A stretch of DNA of 63,205 nt, filler included. It is 5 parts of 5 records of this genome, joined end to end, with 100 filler letters (N's around TTAATTAATTAA, not from the genome) between each part and the next. Parts side by side here need not be neighbours in the genome. Positions count along the whole stretch, not along the records: positions 15,382 to 36,430 come from SRR2962707_1784; positions 36,531 to 54,770 come from SRR2962707_1787; 3 more parts are not named here. One strand, written 5' to 3'. This document shows, in pieces, positions 31,978-41,741 of the stretch. Below the pieces are notes generated by a model. It was not told where the DNA came from. It searched no databases and saw only the letters and a program-made list of their open reading frames with translations. Within the stretch, counting starts at the first letter, position 1. The number at the start of each line of letters is the position of its first letter. The position numbers and the translations under genes were made by a program.

Positions 31978-33204
31978 ATGGGCGATTTTCACCAAAACGG
32001 CATTATCACCACATTGCACAATTTAGCGCACCGTCCCCTCGAAGAGATGGAAAGAGAGCTGTGTGAGTTTTCTAAAACTCGGCCTATGTCCCTTATTTTG
32101 CCTTGCTTATATTCCGAGTTAGAAACCGATGCCATGCCAAATATTATTGAGCATCTGAAAAAAGTCACTTATTTAGAAGAAATCATCATTGGTCTAGACC
32201 GTGCCACAGAAGAGCAATACAGACACGCCTTGGAGTTTTTTAGCGTACTCCCGCAAAAACACAAAGTCTTGTGGAACGACGGCCCTCGCCTACGCGCCAT
32301 TGATAGCGTATTAAAAGGCGAGCATCTTTCGCCTAGCGCCCCGGGTAAAGGCCGCAACGTTTGGTTCTGTATGGGCTATAACTTAGCCGCCGGTAAAGCA
32401 GAATCCATCGCCATGCACGACTGTGACATAGTCACTTACGATAGAGAGTTACTGGCACGATTAATTTACCCCGTCGCCAACCCAAGATTTAACTATGAGT
32501 TTTGTAAGGGCTTCTATGCACGTACCGCCAATGGCAAGATGAACGGTCGTGTCAGCCGTTTGTTAGTAACACCTCTGCTCTACTCATTGAAAAAAGTCTT
32601 CGGCAATCTAGAGTACCTAGATTATTTAGACAGCTACCGCTATCCGTTAGCGGGCGAGTTCTCGTTCCGTCGTGATGTGATGACGGATATTCGCATTCCG
32701 AGTGATTGGGGATTAGAGATTGGCGTATTAAGTGAAATGCAGCGTAACTACTCCAATAACCGCTTATGCCAAGTGGACATTGCCGATGTGTACGATCATA
32801 AACATCAAGAATTATCGGCAGACAATGACGATGGTGGTTTATCGAAGATGTCCATCGACATCACCAAAGCCATTTTCCGCAAGCTGGCAACCAACGGCAT
32901 TATTTTCAATCAAGAGACCTTTAGAACCATCAAGGCCACCTACTATCGCGCGGCGCTGGATTTCATTGAAACCTACCGTAACGACGCAGAAATAAATGGC
33001 TTGAGACTGGATGTCCATTTAGAAGAACAAGCGGTTGAATTGTTCGCCGGCAACGTCATGAAAGCCGGTGAAATGTACCTTGCTAATCCAATGGAAGCTC
33101 CATTTATTCCAAGCTGGAACCGCGTTGTCAGCGCATTTCCTGGCGTGATGACACAACTCGCGGCAGCCGTTGAACAAGACATGAATGAATTTGGCCCTCA
33201 GTAG
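31978..33204 (+). CDS. Glucosyl-3-phosphoglycerate synthase-like glycosyltransferase
   Basis: MGDFHQNG, GKGRNVW, HDCDI, GRVSRL, YPLAGEF, DWGLEIG, YDHKHQ; lies between the phosphatase and the GH13_18 gene. Confidence 0.85.
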   Translation: MGDFHQNGIITTLHNLAHRPLEEMERELCEFSKTRPMSLILPCLYSELETDAMPNIIEHLKKVTYLEEIIIGLDRATEEQYRHALEFFSVLPQKHKVLWNDGPRLRAIDSVLKGEHLSPSAPGKGRNVWFCMGYNLAAGKAESIAMHDCDIVTYDRELLARLIYPVANPRFNYEFCKGFYARTANGKMNGRVSRLLVTPLLYSLKKVFGNLEYLDYLDSYRYPLAGEFSFRRDVMTDIRIPSDWGLEIGVLSEMQRNYSNNRLCQVDIADVYDHKHQELSADNDDGGLSKMSIDITKAIFRKLATNGIIFNQETFRTIKATYYRAALDFIETYRNDAEINGLRLDVHLEEQAVELFAGNVMKAGEMYLANPMEAPFIPSWNRVVSAFPGVMTQLAAAVEQDMNEFGPQ

Positions 33205-33334
33205 CGCTTAGCGGTTGCAACAGACTCTCGTCTTAACGACGCCAGCGCGTAAATGAACAAGAACTCAAACAAGCCAAAACCTATTGAAAAATAGGCTTTG
33301 GCGTTCTTTTTTAACCCCATACAGGTAGGTTGTT

Positions 33335-35101
33335 ATGGAAAATATTACCCCATCGCATTTAGAACAACGGCTGACGAGCCATCTACAAACACTGTATCCT
33401 AACCTCGATGCCAGCGAACTTGCCCGCACCTGCCTGAGCACCTTCAATCTTGATCCCAATACAGAGTCTCCTCGACCGCACCGTAATTTATGGGACCAAT
33501 CGGACATCATGCTCATTACTTACGCAGACACCTTGCGTTCAGAAGGTGAAGCCCCCCTAGAAACCCTACAGAAGTTTGTCAAAAACAAATTGGCTGACAG
33601 CATTTCTGCGGTGCATTTATTGCCCTTTTTCCCCTACAGTTCAGACGATGGTTTTAGTGTGATGGATTACACCACGGTGAACCCCGCATCAGGACGCTGG
33701 CAACATATTTCCAACATTGCTAAAGACTTTAAAGTGATGGGCGACCTGGTGATTAACCATTGTTCAAGCCGCAGCATGTGGTTTGAAAACTACAAAGCAG
33801 GAGTTGATCCTGGCGCCTCGTTTTTTTATGAAGCCGATCCTAATGCCGATTTAAGCGCAGTAGTCCGCCCCAGAACCTCCCCTTTGTTACGAGAAGTACA
33901 AACCAAAAATGGCGAAAAACACGTCTGGTGTACCTTTAGTCATGACCAAGTTGATTTGAATTTTGAAAATCCGGATGTGTTATTGGAGTTTCTGCGCATC
34001 ATTCGCTTATACCTCGAAAAAGGCATTCGCTGGTTTCGTCTCGATGCGGTGGCTTTTCTTTGGAAAATCCCCGGCACGCCTAGCATCAATTTGCCACAGA
34101 CCCACGAAATGATTCGCTTACTGCGCCTTATGATCGAACATTATGCGCCGGATTCCGTGATCATCACTGAAACCAATATTCCGAACCAAGAAAATCTTAC
34201 CTATTTTGGCAACGCCAACGAAGCGCACCTTATTTACAACTTTTCTTTGCCGCCATTGCTCATCAATAGCCTGATCACAGGCAATTGTACGCATTTAAAA
34301 CAATGGCTTATGTCTATGCCGCCAGCACAGCAAGGCACCACGTACCTGAATTTCATCGCGTCTCACGACGGCATTGGATTGCGCCCTACTGAAGGACTTC
34401 TGTCTGAATGGGAACTAGATACTCTGATCAACACCATGAAACGCTTTGGCGGTCGCCTCAGCTCGCGCACCACACCACAAGGTGATGCCAAGCCGTATGA
34501 AATCAACATCAGCTTGTGGAACGCGTTGGCCGGTTCGGTACAGCAAGGGCCAGATCAGTGGCAATTTGCGCGTTTTATGTGTGCAGCCGGTGTGATGATG
34601 GCATTGGAAGGGGTTCCGGCGTTTTACATTCACAGCTTCTTTGCCACCGAAAACGACAACGAGCGAGTAGACAATACTGGCCAATTTCGTTCTATTAATC
34701 GTCATATTTGGAAAATGGACGATCTAGAACACGTGTTAAACACACCAACCCACCATCAAAAAGTGTTTCAAGGGGTATCACGCTTAACACAAATTCGCCG
34801 AGCGCAAACCGCCTTCCACCCCAACGCCACGCAATATATATTGCACATGGGAGACAATTTGTTCGCTTTTTGGCGCCAAAGTTTGGATCGTCGACAAAGC
34901 CTGTTTGCGGTCTACAACATGACCGATCAGCCACAAAACTTTAACCTGTCTGAGCTTAATTTAATTGCCACAGACGATTGGACTGACTTGGTCACCGATC
35001 AAGTCTATGAAGACCATCTGGCTAAGGTGACCCTAATGCCTTATCAATTTTTGTGGTTGGCCAATAAGAAAGGCAAGGTCAAAGTGACCCAAGCGGAATA
35101 A
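33335..35101 (+). CDS. GH13_18 sugar phosphorylase, probably glucosylglycerate phosphorylase
   Basis: HLLPFFPYSSDDGFSV, WCTFSHDQVDLN, RLDAVAF, ITETN, ASHDGIG, KPYEIN. Confidence 0.85.
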   Translation: MENITPSHLEQRLTSHLQTLYPNLDASELARTCLSTFNLDPNTESPRPHRNLWDQSDIMLITYADTLRSEGEAPLETLQKFVKNKLADSISAVHLLPFFPYSSDDGFSVMDYTTVNPASGRWQHISNIAKDFKVMGDLVINHCSSRSMWFENYKAGVDPGASFFYEADPNADLSAVVRPRTSPLLREVQTKNGEKHVWCTFSHDQVDLNFENPDVLLEFLRIIRLYLEKGIRWFRLDAVAFLWKIPGTPSINLPQTHEMIRLLRLMIEHYAPDSVIITETNIPNQENLTYFGNANEAHLIYNFSLPPLLINSLITGNCTHLKQWLMSMPPAQQGTTYLNFIASHDGIGLRPTEGLLSEWELDTLINTMKRFGGRLSSRTTPQGDAKPYEINISLWNALAGSVQQGPDQWQFARFMCAAGVMMALEGVPAFYIHSFFATENDNERVDNTGQFRSINRHIWKMDDLEHVLNTPTHHQKVFQGVSRLTQIRRAQTAFHPNATQYILHMGDNLFAFWRQSLDRRQSLFAVYNMTDQPQNFNLSELNLIATDDWTDLVTDQVYEDHLAKVTLMPYQFLWLANKKGKVKVTQAE

Positions 35102-35104
35102 AAC

Positions 35105-35134
35105 AAAAAAACACGGCCGGTGCCGTGTTTTTTT
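35105..35134. terminator. Bidirectional intrinsic terminator
   Basis: AAAAAAACACGGC-cggt-GCCGTGTTTTTTT. Confidence 0.8.
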
Positions 35135-35161
35135 TCGCCTGCTGTGACCTATGGCTAATAG

Positions 35162-35491
35162 CTAATGGCTAACGGTTTTTGAAAACACATTAATCACCAC
35201 CACACCGGCGACAATCATCGACATGCCCAGCCAAGCCGCCAAGTCCAGTTTCTCGTTGGCAAACCAGTAACCAAACAGAGAAATCAACACAACGCCTAAG
35301 CCAGACCAAATGGCATAGGTTATGCCCGTTGGCATGGAGCGCATGACGATGGTTAGCAGGTACAAAGACACCGCATAACCAATCACTGCAACACAACTCG
35401 GCGCCAAACGAGAAAAGGAGTCTGACGCCTTCAATGCGGTGGTCGCGAACACTTCACACAAAATCGCCAAACATAAGATCAAATACGTCAT
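35162..35491 (-). CDS. SMR family multidrug efflux transporter (EmrE/QacE-like)
   Basis: AILCEVFATTALK, YAIWSGLG; 109 aa, 4 TM. Confidence 0.9.
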   Translation of the reverse strand: MTYLILCLAILCEVFATTALKASDSFSRLAPSCVAVIGYAVSLYLLTIVMRSMPTGITYAIWSGLGVVLISLFGYWFANEKLDLAAWLGMSMIVAGVVVINVFSKTVSH

Positions 35492-35521
35492 TCCACTCTC
35501 TCGCTGTAAACTAAAGTCTCG

Positions 35522-36430
35522 TTATAGACTGATGTCTTCGGCTAAAAACCCGCCTGTTTGATGGGCCCACAGTTTGGCATAAATACCGCCTTGCTGAATC
35601 AACTCATCGTGAGTGCCTTGCTCTGCAATTACGCCTTTATCCAGTACGATCAAACGGTCCATCGCCGCAATCGTCGACAATCGGTGCGCGATCGCAATCA
35701 CGGTTTTGCCTTCCATTAGACGATACAAACTTTCTTGAATGGCCGCTTCAACTTCGGAATCAAGCGCCGACGTGGCCTCGTCTAAAATAAGCAAGGGGGC
35801 GTCTTTTAGTAGTACACGAGCGATGGCAATACGCTGGCGCTGACCACCCGATAATTTAATCCCCCGTTCCCCTACCATGGCATCGTATCCTCTGTTGCCA
35901 TAAGGGTCTGTCAGAGTTTGAATAAACTCATGGGCTTCGGCTTTCTTCGCTGCGGCGATCATGTCTTCTTCGCTGGCATCGGGACGCCCATAAAGTAAAT
36001 TGTCGCGTACCGTGCGGTGCAACAAGGAAGTATCTTGAGTCACCATTCCTATATTCGCGCGCAAGGTGTCTTGTTGAACTTGGCTGATGTCTTGACCGTC
36101 GATCAAAATACGACCCGATTCGATGTCATGAAAACGCATCAACAAATTAACAATCGTCGATTTACCCGCCCCAGAGCGACCTACCACACCGATTTTCTCG
36201 CCCGCCTTGATGGCCAAGCTCAGGTTTTCAATCACTTTACTGTCTTGTCGGCCATAGTGAAAATGCACTTGTTCAAAGCGAATATCGCCTTGCTTCACTG
36301 TTAATGGTTGAGCGCCTTTTTTATCCTGAATTTGCAGTGGTTTGGAAAGTGTTTTCATGCCATCCGTCACCATACCAATGTTTTCAAACAAGGCACTGAC
36401 TTCCCACATGATCCACTGTGCCATGCCATT
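35522..36430 (-). CDS. ABC exporter ATP-binding/permease, 5'-truncated
   Basis: GRSGAGKST, LSGGQRQR, LILDEATSALD, IAHRLST. Confidence 0.9.
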   Translation of the reverse strand, partial: NGMAQWIMWEVSALFENIGMVTDGMKTLSKPLQIQDKKGAQPLTVKQGDIRFEQVHFHYGRQDSKVIENLSLAIKAGEKIGVVGRSGAGKSTIVNLLMRFHDIESGRILIDGQDISQVQQDTLRANIGMVTQDTSLLHRTVRDNLLYGRPDASEEDMIAAAKKAEAHEFIQTLTDPYGNRGYDAMVGERGIKLSGGQRQRIAIARVLLKDAPLLILDEATSALDSEVEAAIQESLYRLMEGKTVIAIAHRLSTIAAMDRLIVLDKGVIAEQGTHDELIQQGGIYAKLWAHQTGGFLAEDISL

Positions 36431-36530
36431 NNNNNNNNNNNNNNNNNNNNNNNNNNNNNNNNNNNNNNNNNNNNTTAATTAATTAANNNNNNNNNNNNNN
36501 NNNNNNNNNNNNNNNNNNNNNNNNNNNNNN
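36431..36530. other. Artificial contig linker
   Basis: 44 N + TTAATTAATTAA + 44 N. Confidence 0.98.
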
Positions 36531-37554
36531 ATTCCTGGCCAACATGTCCCATGAAATCCGAACGCCTATGAACGCGGTGATTGGCTACAGCGATCTGCTC
36601 TACAATTCAGTCACAGATCCTCAGCAGCGCAATTACCTCAATGCCATCCGGGCGGGCAGTCGAAGCCTCCTGATGCTGATCAATGACATTCTGGACCTGT
36701 CGCGGATCGAGGCCGGCAAGATGCGCCTGGATTTCGGCCCTGTGTCCGTGCGCCGGCTGCTCAGTGATGTCCGCCACATCTTTGACCTGCGGGCGACGGA
36801 GCAGGGCATTACCCTGGAAGTGAGCGTGGGATCGGGTATGCCCTCGGCGATGATGCTGGACGAAACCCGCTTGCGACAGGTGCTGTTTAATCTGGTGGGC
36901 AATGCCATCAAATTCACCCACGAGGGCGGGGTTACCGTGCGAGCGGTGGCCAAGCCGCTGGGCGAGCCGGCGGATGCCGATTCCGAGGTTTGTTACTACC
37001 GGCTGGTGGTGACCGTAGCTGACACCGGTATCGGCATAGCCCCGGACCAGCAGGAGCGCATTTTTGAAGCCTTCGAGCAGCAGGAAGGCCAGAGTTCCCG
37101 GCGTTATGGCGGTACCGGGCTGGGGCTTGCGATCAGCCGTAAACTGGTGGAAATGATGGGCGGCAGACTGACCGTGAAAAGTGAGGCCAATGTGGGCTCG
37201 ACGTTCAAGGTGGTACTGCCCAGGGTAGAAGCGACGGTGGAGCAGGCTGATGACGATGGCGCGCCGGAGGAATCCGAGCGCCTGCTGGCCCAGACCATGA
37301 GCATGCATGAGCGGGGCTGGCTGCGGGAAAAACTGGCTGAAGACTTCGGTAATGAATGGCAGGAAGTGCGCGAGAGCGGCGACCCGGAACAGATGAAGGA
37401 TTTCGCCGTGCGCATTATCGAATGGGGGCAGCGGCACCGCTCATCGTCGGTCACGCGCTACGGTGAGAAGCTGCTGGCGGATGTGGAAGCCTTTAATCTG
37501 GACGCGGTGAATACCGCCCTGGATGCATTCCCCCGCCTACTGGGACAGGAATAG
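36531..37554 (+). CDS. Sensor histidine kinase, 5'-truncated
   Basis: FLANMSHEIRTPMN, NLVGNAIKFT, DTGIGI, GGTGLGL. Confidence 0.9.
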
Positions 37555-37567
37555 CCCGGGCTACAGG

Positions 37568-37933
37568 CTAGAGGCAGTCAAACTGGGACTGGCGGTCAAA
37601 GGCCACGGCCACCATGTCGTAGCCGGAATCCGACAGCGAGCGGATCAGTTCACGATCTTTCAGCAGGGTCATGCACACTTTGTGTACGCTGGCCTGGAGT
37701 TGTTCGGCGGCCGGCTGTTGGTTCGGAAAGCGGAAATCCACAATCAGGTATTTCCGGTCAACGCTGGCCCGGGCGGGAATGTCCTCGCGCTCGATGCTTT
37801 CATAGCCTATGTAGGTGGCTTCGTTGGCCTGAAAAACCTGGCTCATCAATACATCCAGGTTTTCGGCGTATACCTGCGCCGATGACAAGCCGAGCACCAG
37901 ACCAGAGAGAAGGGCGGTAATGTTGGTGCGCAT
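37568..37933 (-). CDS. Small secreted hypothetical protein
   Basis: Signal peptide (…SSAQVYA), GGAG RBS, codon usage like its neighbours. Confidence 0.65.
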   Translation of the reverse strand: MRTNITALLSGLVLGLSSAQVYAENLDVLMSQVFQANEATYIGYESIEREDIPARASVDRKYLIVDFRFPNQQPAAEQLQASVHKVCMTLLKDRELIRSLSDSGYDMVAVAFDRQSQFDCL

Positions 37934-38172
37934 GTGAGGCTCCCGGAACGTAATCTGCGATTCTTGTTAGTGTAACCAAGTGTAAAGTTTGGTTACAGTT
38001 GATTGTTGCAGAGTGTGGCGTACTTTTCCTCCTGTGGAAGCTGGATTTTTCAATTGTTTGCAATGCTGAAATGATTTCCGGATGGTAAGGCCCTGCGTTG
38101 GTTAATGCCTGTTGTGGCCTGTGATTTCAGCTATCATTGACCAACAGTTGTTGTAAAAGCAGAGGGATAGCC

Positions 38173-38781
38173 ATGTACCAGCTCGTGTTCAAAGGAGAGT
38201 GCACACCAGGCACCGATCTGGAAACCGCTCGCAACAATGCCCGGGCTCTGTTCAAGGCCAGCGTCGAGCAGCTGGACCGCATGTTCAGTGGGCAACCGGT
38301 CGTCATTCGTAACAAGCTTGAGCAGGTTCAGGCCGAGAAGTACCTGGCGGTGCTGAAAAAACACGGAATGGTGGCTTATGCACAGCCGATGCCCGGCGCC
38401 GAGCCGGCCAGGCAAGCACCGGCGCCCTCTGCTCAGACTCCGGCCTCACAGCCTGTCCCGCCACAGTCTCCGGCAACAAAGTCGGCGCAACCGGAAGCGA
38501 AATCCGGTAACACTCCAGCCGTTGAACCGGGCGATCGCCTGCCGGTGGCCGGCAAAAAGGTGGATGATATTCTGGCCGGTTCCGGCCTGAGCCTGGACCC
38601 GGTCGGGGTGACCCTGGTTGAGCATCAGGAAGCTGAGGCACCGATGTTTGAACATCTTGATGACTGGACACTGGCCCCTGCCGGCAGTGATCTGGGTATA
38701 AAACGGGATCTTCCCCCACCGGTCGTGCCGGATACTTCCCATCTGTCACTGGCCGACGATGACAATAAACAGAGCTCGTGA
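38173..38781 (+). CDS. Conserved hypothetical protein (YQLVFKGE…LFK N-domain, Pro/Ala linker)
   Basis: MYQLVFKGEC…LFKAS…MFSGQPVVIR; C-terminal LAPAGSDL/PDTSHLSL repeats. Confidence 0.7.
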   Translation: MYQLVFKGECTPGTDLETARNNARALFKASVEQLDRMFSGQPVVIRNKLEQVQAEKYLAVLKKHGMVAYAQPMPGAEPARQAPAPSAQTPASQPVPPQSPATKSAQPEAKSGNTPAVEPGDRLPVAGKKVDDILAGSGLSLDPVGVTLVEHQEAEAPMFEHLDDWTLAPAGSDLGIKRDLPPPVVPDTSHLSLADDDNKQSS

Positions 38782-38788
38782 CGGGATT

Positions 38789-41005
38789 GTGAGCACTCGT
38801 TGGCCGTCCTGGTTGCTGTGCTTTCTGCTTGTCCTGCCCGTATTCCCTTCTGCTTTCGCCGATGCTGGCGTGAGTAGCGCTCGCCCAACCATTGGCCTGG
38901 TGCTCAGTGGCGGTGGCGCCAAAGGTATGGCCCATGTCGGTGTATTGCGGGTGCTGGAAGAAATGCAGGTGCCGGTTGATGTGGTGGTCGGTACCAGTGC
39001 CGGATCGGCCGTTGCCGCCCTCTACGCCACCGGGATGCCGGTGGAAGAAATTGAAAAGCGCTTTATCGGGCTGGACTGGCTGTCCAGCTTTCGCGATGAC
39101 CCGGGCCGGGCCTACAAGCCGGTGCGCCGAAAGCAGGACGATTGGCGCCTGCCTCTGGTGCCGGGTATTGGCGTCGGTTCCGAGGGCGTTCGGTTTGGTG
39201 GCGGACTGGTTACCGGCCAGAATCTCGGGTTTATTCTCAATGAGCTGACCCGTAACGCCGCCCTGGTGGATGACTTTGATCGGCTACCCCTCCCCTTTCG
39301 GGCTGTGGCCACTGATCTGGAAACCGGTGTTGAAGTGGTGATTGGCGACGGCAACCTGGCCGACGCCATTCGTGCCAGTATGAGCATTCCCGGCGTATAC
39401 GCCCCGGTGGAAAGAGGCGGGCGATTACTGGTGGATGGTGGGGTGGCCAACAACCTACCGGTCAGCGTGGCCCGGGACATGGGGGCTGATGTGGTCATTG
39501 CCGTGGATATCACCGATCCGCTCATGACCACAGAGGACATGCGCGAAGCTTTTTCAGTGGTCGGGCAGCTCACCACGCTGATGACCCGGCGCAACACCGA
39601 ATTCCAGCTGGGCCTGTTAACCGAACGCGACATCCTGATTCAGCCAGATCTGCAAGGCCACACCTCTGCCGATTTCTACGACGCGCCGGTGCTGTTTGAG
39701 CTGGGGGCCAGCGGAGCCAGGGATCATGCTGTGGCCCTGAACCGGCTGGCAGTGCCTGACTCGGAGTGGCGGGATTACCGCAACCGGCTTCGAGCCGAGG
39801 AACTGGCGCCGGGGCCGGTCGCCCGGATCGAATTCCGTAAAGGCGACCGCCTGGCCAGTGATTTTCTGCGCGAGCGCATCCGGCAGAAAGAGGGTGAGCC
39901 GCTTGATGTCGAGCAACTGGAAGCCGACCTCAAGCGCATCTATGGCCTGGGCTACTATGAGACGGTGTCCTGGTCCATGCGGCCTTCCGAGGCCGGCCCG
40001 GTGCTGATCATTCAAGCCAGGGAGAAGAGCTGGGGGCCCAACTATCTGTCGTTTGGCCTGAATTATGAAGACAACTTCGACGGCGATACACGATTCAATC
40101 TGGCCACCGGGTTACGGATGACCGAACTCAATCGCCTTGGCGCGGAATGGCAGACCGGGCTCCAATTAGGCACCCAGCCCTGGGTGCGTAGCCAATGGTA
40201 CCAGCCTCTAGATTACGGTTATGACCGGTTTGCGGTGGTTGGGGTGGAATATCGCCGTGATGATTACAGTGTCTACGACAACGGCGACCGTATTTCCGAG
40301 ATTGATGTGACCTTTCGGGAAGTGGATCTGGCCCTTGGCATGGAACTGGGTGGCGATGGCGAGATCCGATTGGGTTATGTCCGTGGCTATGCCACCGTGG
40401 ATGACGAAGTGGGCGTTCCGGTTGCACCTTCCGGTAAGGTGCATCAGGGCTACGGCAGCCTGCAACTGGTGCATGATTCCCTGAGTGATGCCTTCTATCC
40501 GAAATCCGGTGCTTTTGCCGGTATCCGGGCCAGAGTAGAGCGGGAAGAGCTCGGCAGTGACCGGGAGTTCGATGCCCTCACCGGCATGTTGCTGGGAACC
40601 GGCACCTGGCAACGTTTCAATCTCACCGGCTTGCTGTATACCCGGCAGGTCATCAGCGGTGAACCGGGCGTTGAGAACGCAGCGCGTCTTGGCGGTTTTC
40701 GGCAGTTGTCAGCCTACGCCCCGGGCGAGATCACGGGAAACGATGCCGTTTTACTGGCGGCCTGGGCCAGGCGCGAATTCGGCGGGCCGGTGCTGCCCTG
40801 GTTCACCGGCCTGGGATTTGAGACCGGCAATGCCTGGGAGCAGATGGATGATGCCACCTGGTCTGGGCTGGTGCGATCCTGGAGTGTTTTCGCCGGGGTG
40901 GATACCTTCCTGGGGCCGGTACAGCTCTCGGCCGCCTATAACAACGAAGACGAATGGACCGCATACCTCAATATCGGCTTCTCATTCACCCAGCTGTTCT
41001 ACTGA
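38789..41005 (+). CDS. Patatin-like phospholipase with POTRA and beta-barrel (PlpD/type Vd-like)
   Basis: LSGGGAKG, GTSAG, DGG; POTRA-like RIYGLGYYETV; C-terminal beta-strands. Confidence 0.88.
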   Translation: MSTRWPSWLLCFLLVLPVFPSAFADAGVSSARPTIGLVLSGGGAKGMAHVGVLRVLEEMQVPVDVVVGTSAGSAVAALYATGMPVEEIEKRFIGLDWLSSFRDDPGRAYKPVRRKQDDWRLPLVPGIGVGSEGVRFGGGLVTGQNLGFILNELTRNAALVDDFDRLPLPFRAVATDLETGVEVVIGDGNLADAIRASMSIPGVYAPVERGGRLLVDGGVANNLPVSVARDMGADVVIAVDITDPLMTTEDMREAFSVVGQLTTLMTRRNTEFQLGLLTERDILIQPDLQGHTSADFYDAPVLFELGASGARDHAVALNRLAVPDSEWRDYRNRLRAEELAPGPVARIEFRKGDRLASDFLRERIRQKEGEPLDVEQLEADLKRIYGLGYYETVSWSMRPSEAGPVLIIQAREKSWGPNYLSFGLNYEDNFDGDTRFNLATGLRMTELNRLGAEWQTGLQLGTQPWVRSQWYQPLDYGYDRFAVVGVEYRRDDYSVYDNGDRISEIDVTFREVDLALGMELGGDGEIRLGYVRGYATVDDEVGVPVAPSGKVHQGYGSLQLVHDSLSDAFYPKSGAFAGIRARVEREELGSDREFDALTGMLLGTGTWQRFNLTGLLYTRQVISGEPGVENAARLGGFRQLSAYAPGEITGNDAVLLAAWARREFGGPVLPWFTGLGFETGNAWEQMDDATWSGLVRSWSVFAGVDTFLGPVQLSAAYNNEDEWTAYLNIGFSFTQLFY

Positions 41006-41017
41006 GTTTTCGCGGTA

Positions 41018-41677
41018 TCAGTTGTTCAGAGCGGATAGCACCTGCTCACACTGCTGCACGGCATAGCGGTGCAGGATATCGGCCAGGGCCTGTTCGTCCC
41101 GTTCCCGTATTATCCGGATGGATTCTTCCATGTGCACCAGGTTGTCTTCCAGAACCTGTTTGCCGCCATGGCGCAGGGCGACAAAGGCGCAACGCTTGGC
41201 AGAGGGCCAGAGATCCTCGATGGCCGAGACAATAAAGTAATTGTCGGCGTACACCAGTGAGGCTTTGGTGTATTCAATACCCAGCTCCAGAAACGCCATC
41301 AGATCGTTGTTCTGAAAACGGTCCCGCATCTGCTCGTACAGGGATTCCAGCCGCTGCATGTCATTCGGTTGCCACTGACGCACCAGCTTCCGTCCGGTGT
41401 GAGTCAGGTACAGTTCCAGAGTCTCATAGAGACTGCGGACAAAGTGTTCATCCAGCGGCGTGACGAACGCGCCTTTGCGGGGGACGTTACGCACCAGATG
41501 GCGCTTCTCCAGCAGCAGCAGGCCTTCCCGGATGGAGCCGTGGCTGACATCCATCTGCTTGGCCATGGCACTTTCATAGATGCGCTCGCCGGAACGGAGT
41601 TGCTCGAAGGCAATCAGGTTTTCAATGTGACGAGCGACCTGTTCGGTCAGGGTTTCTCTGGGTTTGAATGCGTTCAT
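41018..41677 (-). CDS. GntR family regulator (FCD)
   Basis: TLTEQVA…GERIYE…VSHGSIREGL…PRKGAFV. Confidence 0.88.
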   Translation of the reverse strand: MNAFKPRETLTEQVARHIENLIAFEQLRSGERIYESAMAKQMDVSHGSIREGLLLLEKRHLVRNVPRKGAFVTPLDEHFVRSLYETLELYLTHTGRKLVRQWQPNDMQRLESLYEQMRDRFQNNDLMAFLELGIEYTKASLVYADNYFIVSAIEDLWPSAKRCAFVALRHGGKQVLEDNLVHMEESIRIIRERDEQALADILHRYAVQQCEQVLSALNN

Positions 41678-41741
41678 GAAATGGTCGTTTACAGCATCAG
41701 TCGAGCGCTCATGTTCGCACAAGCGCCCGCCCGGGGCCAGA

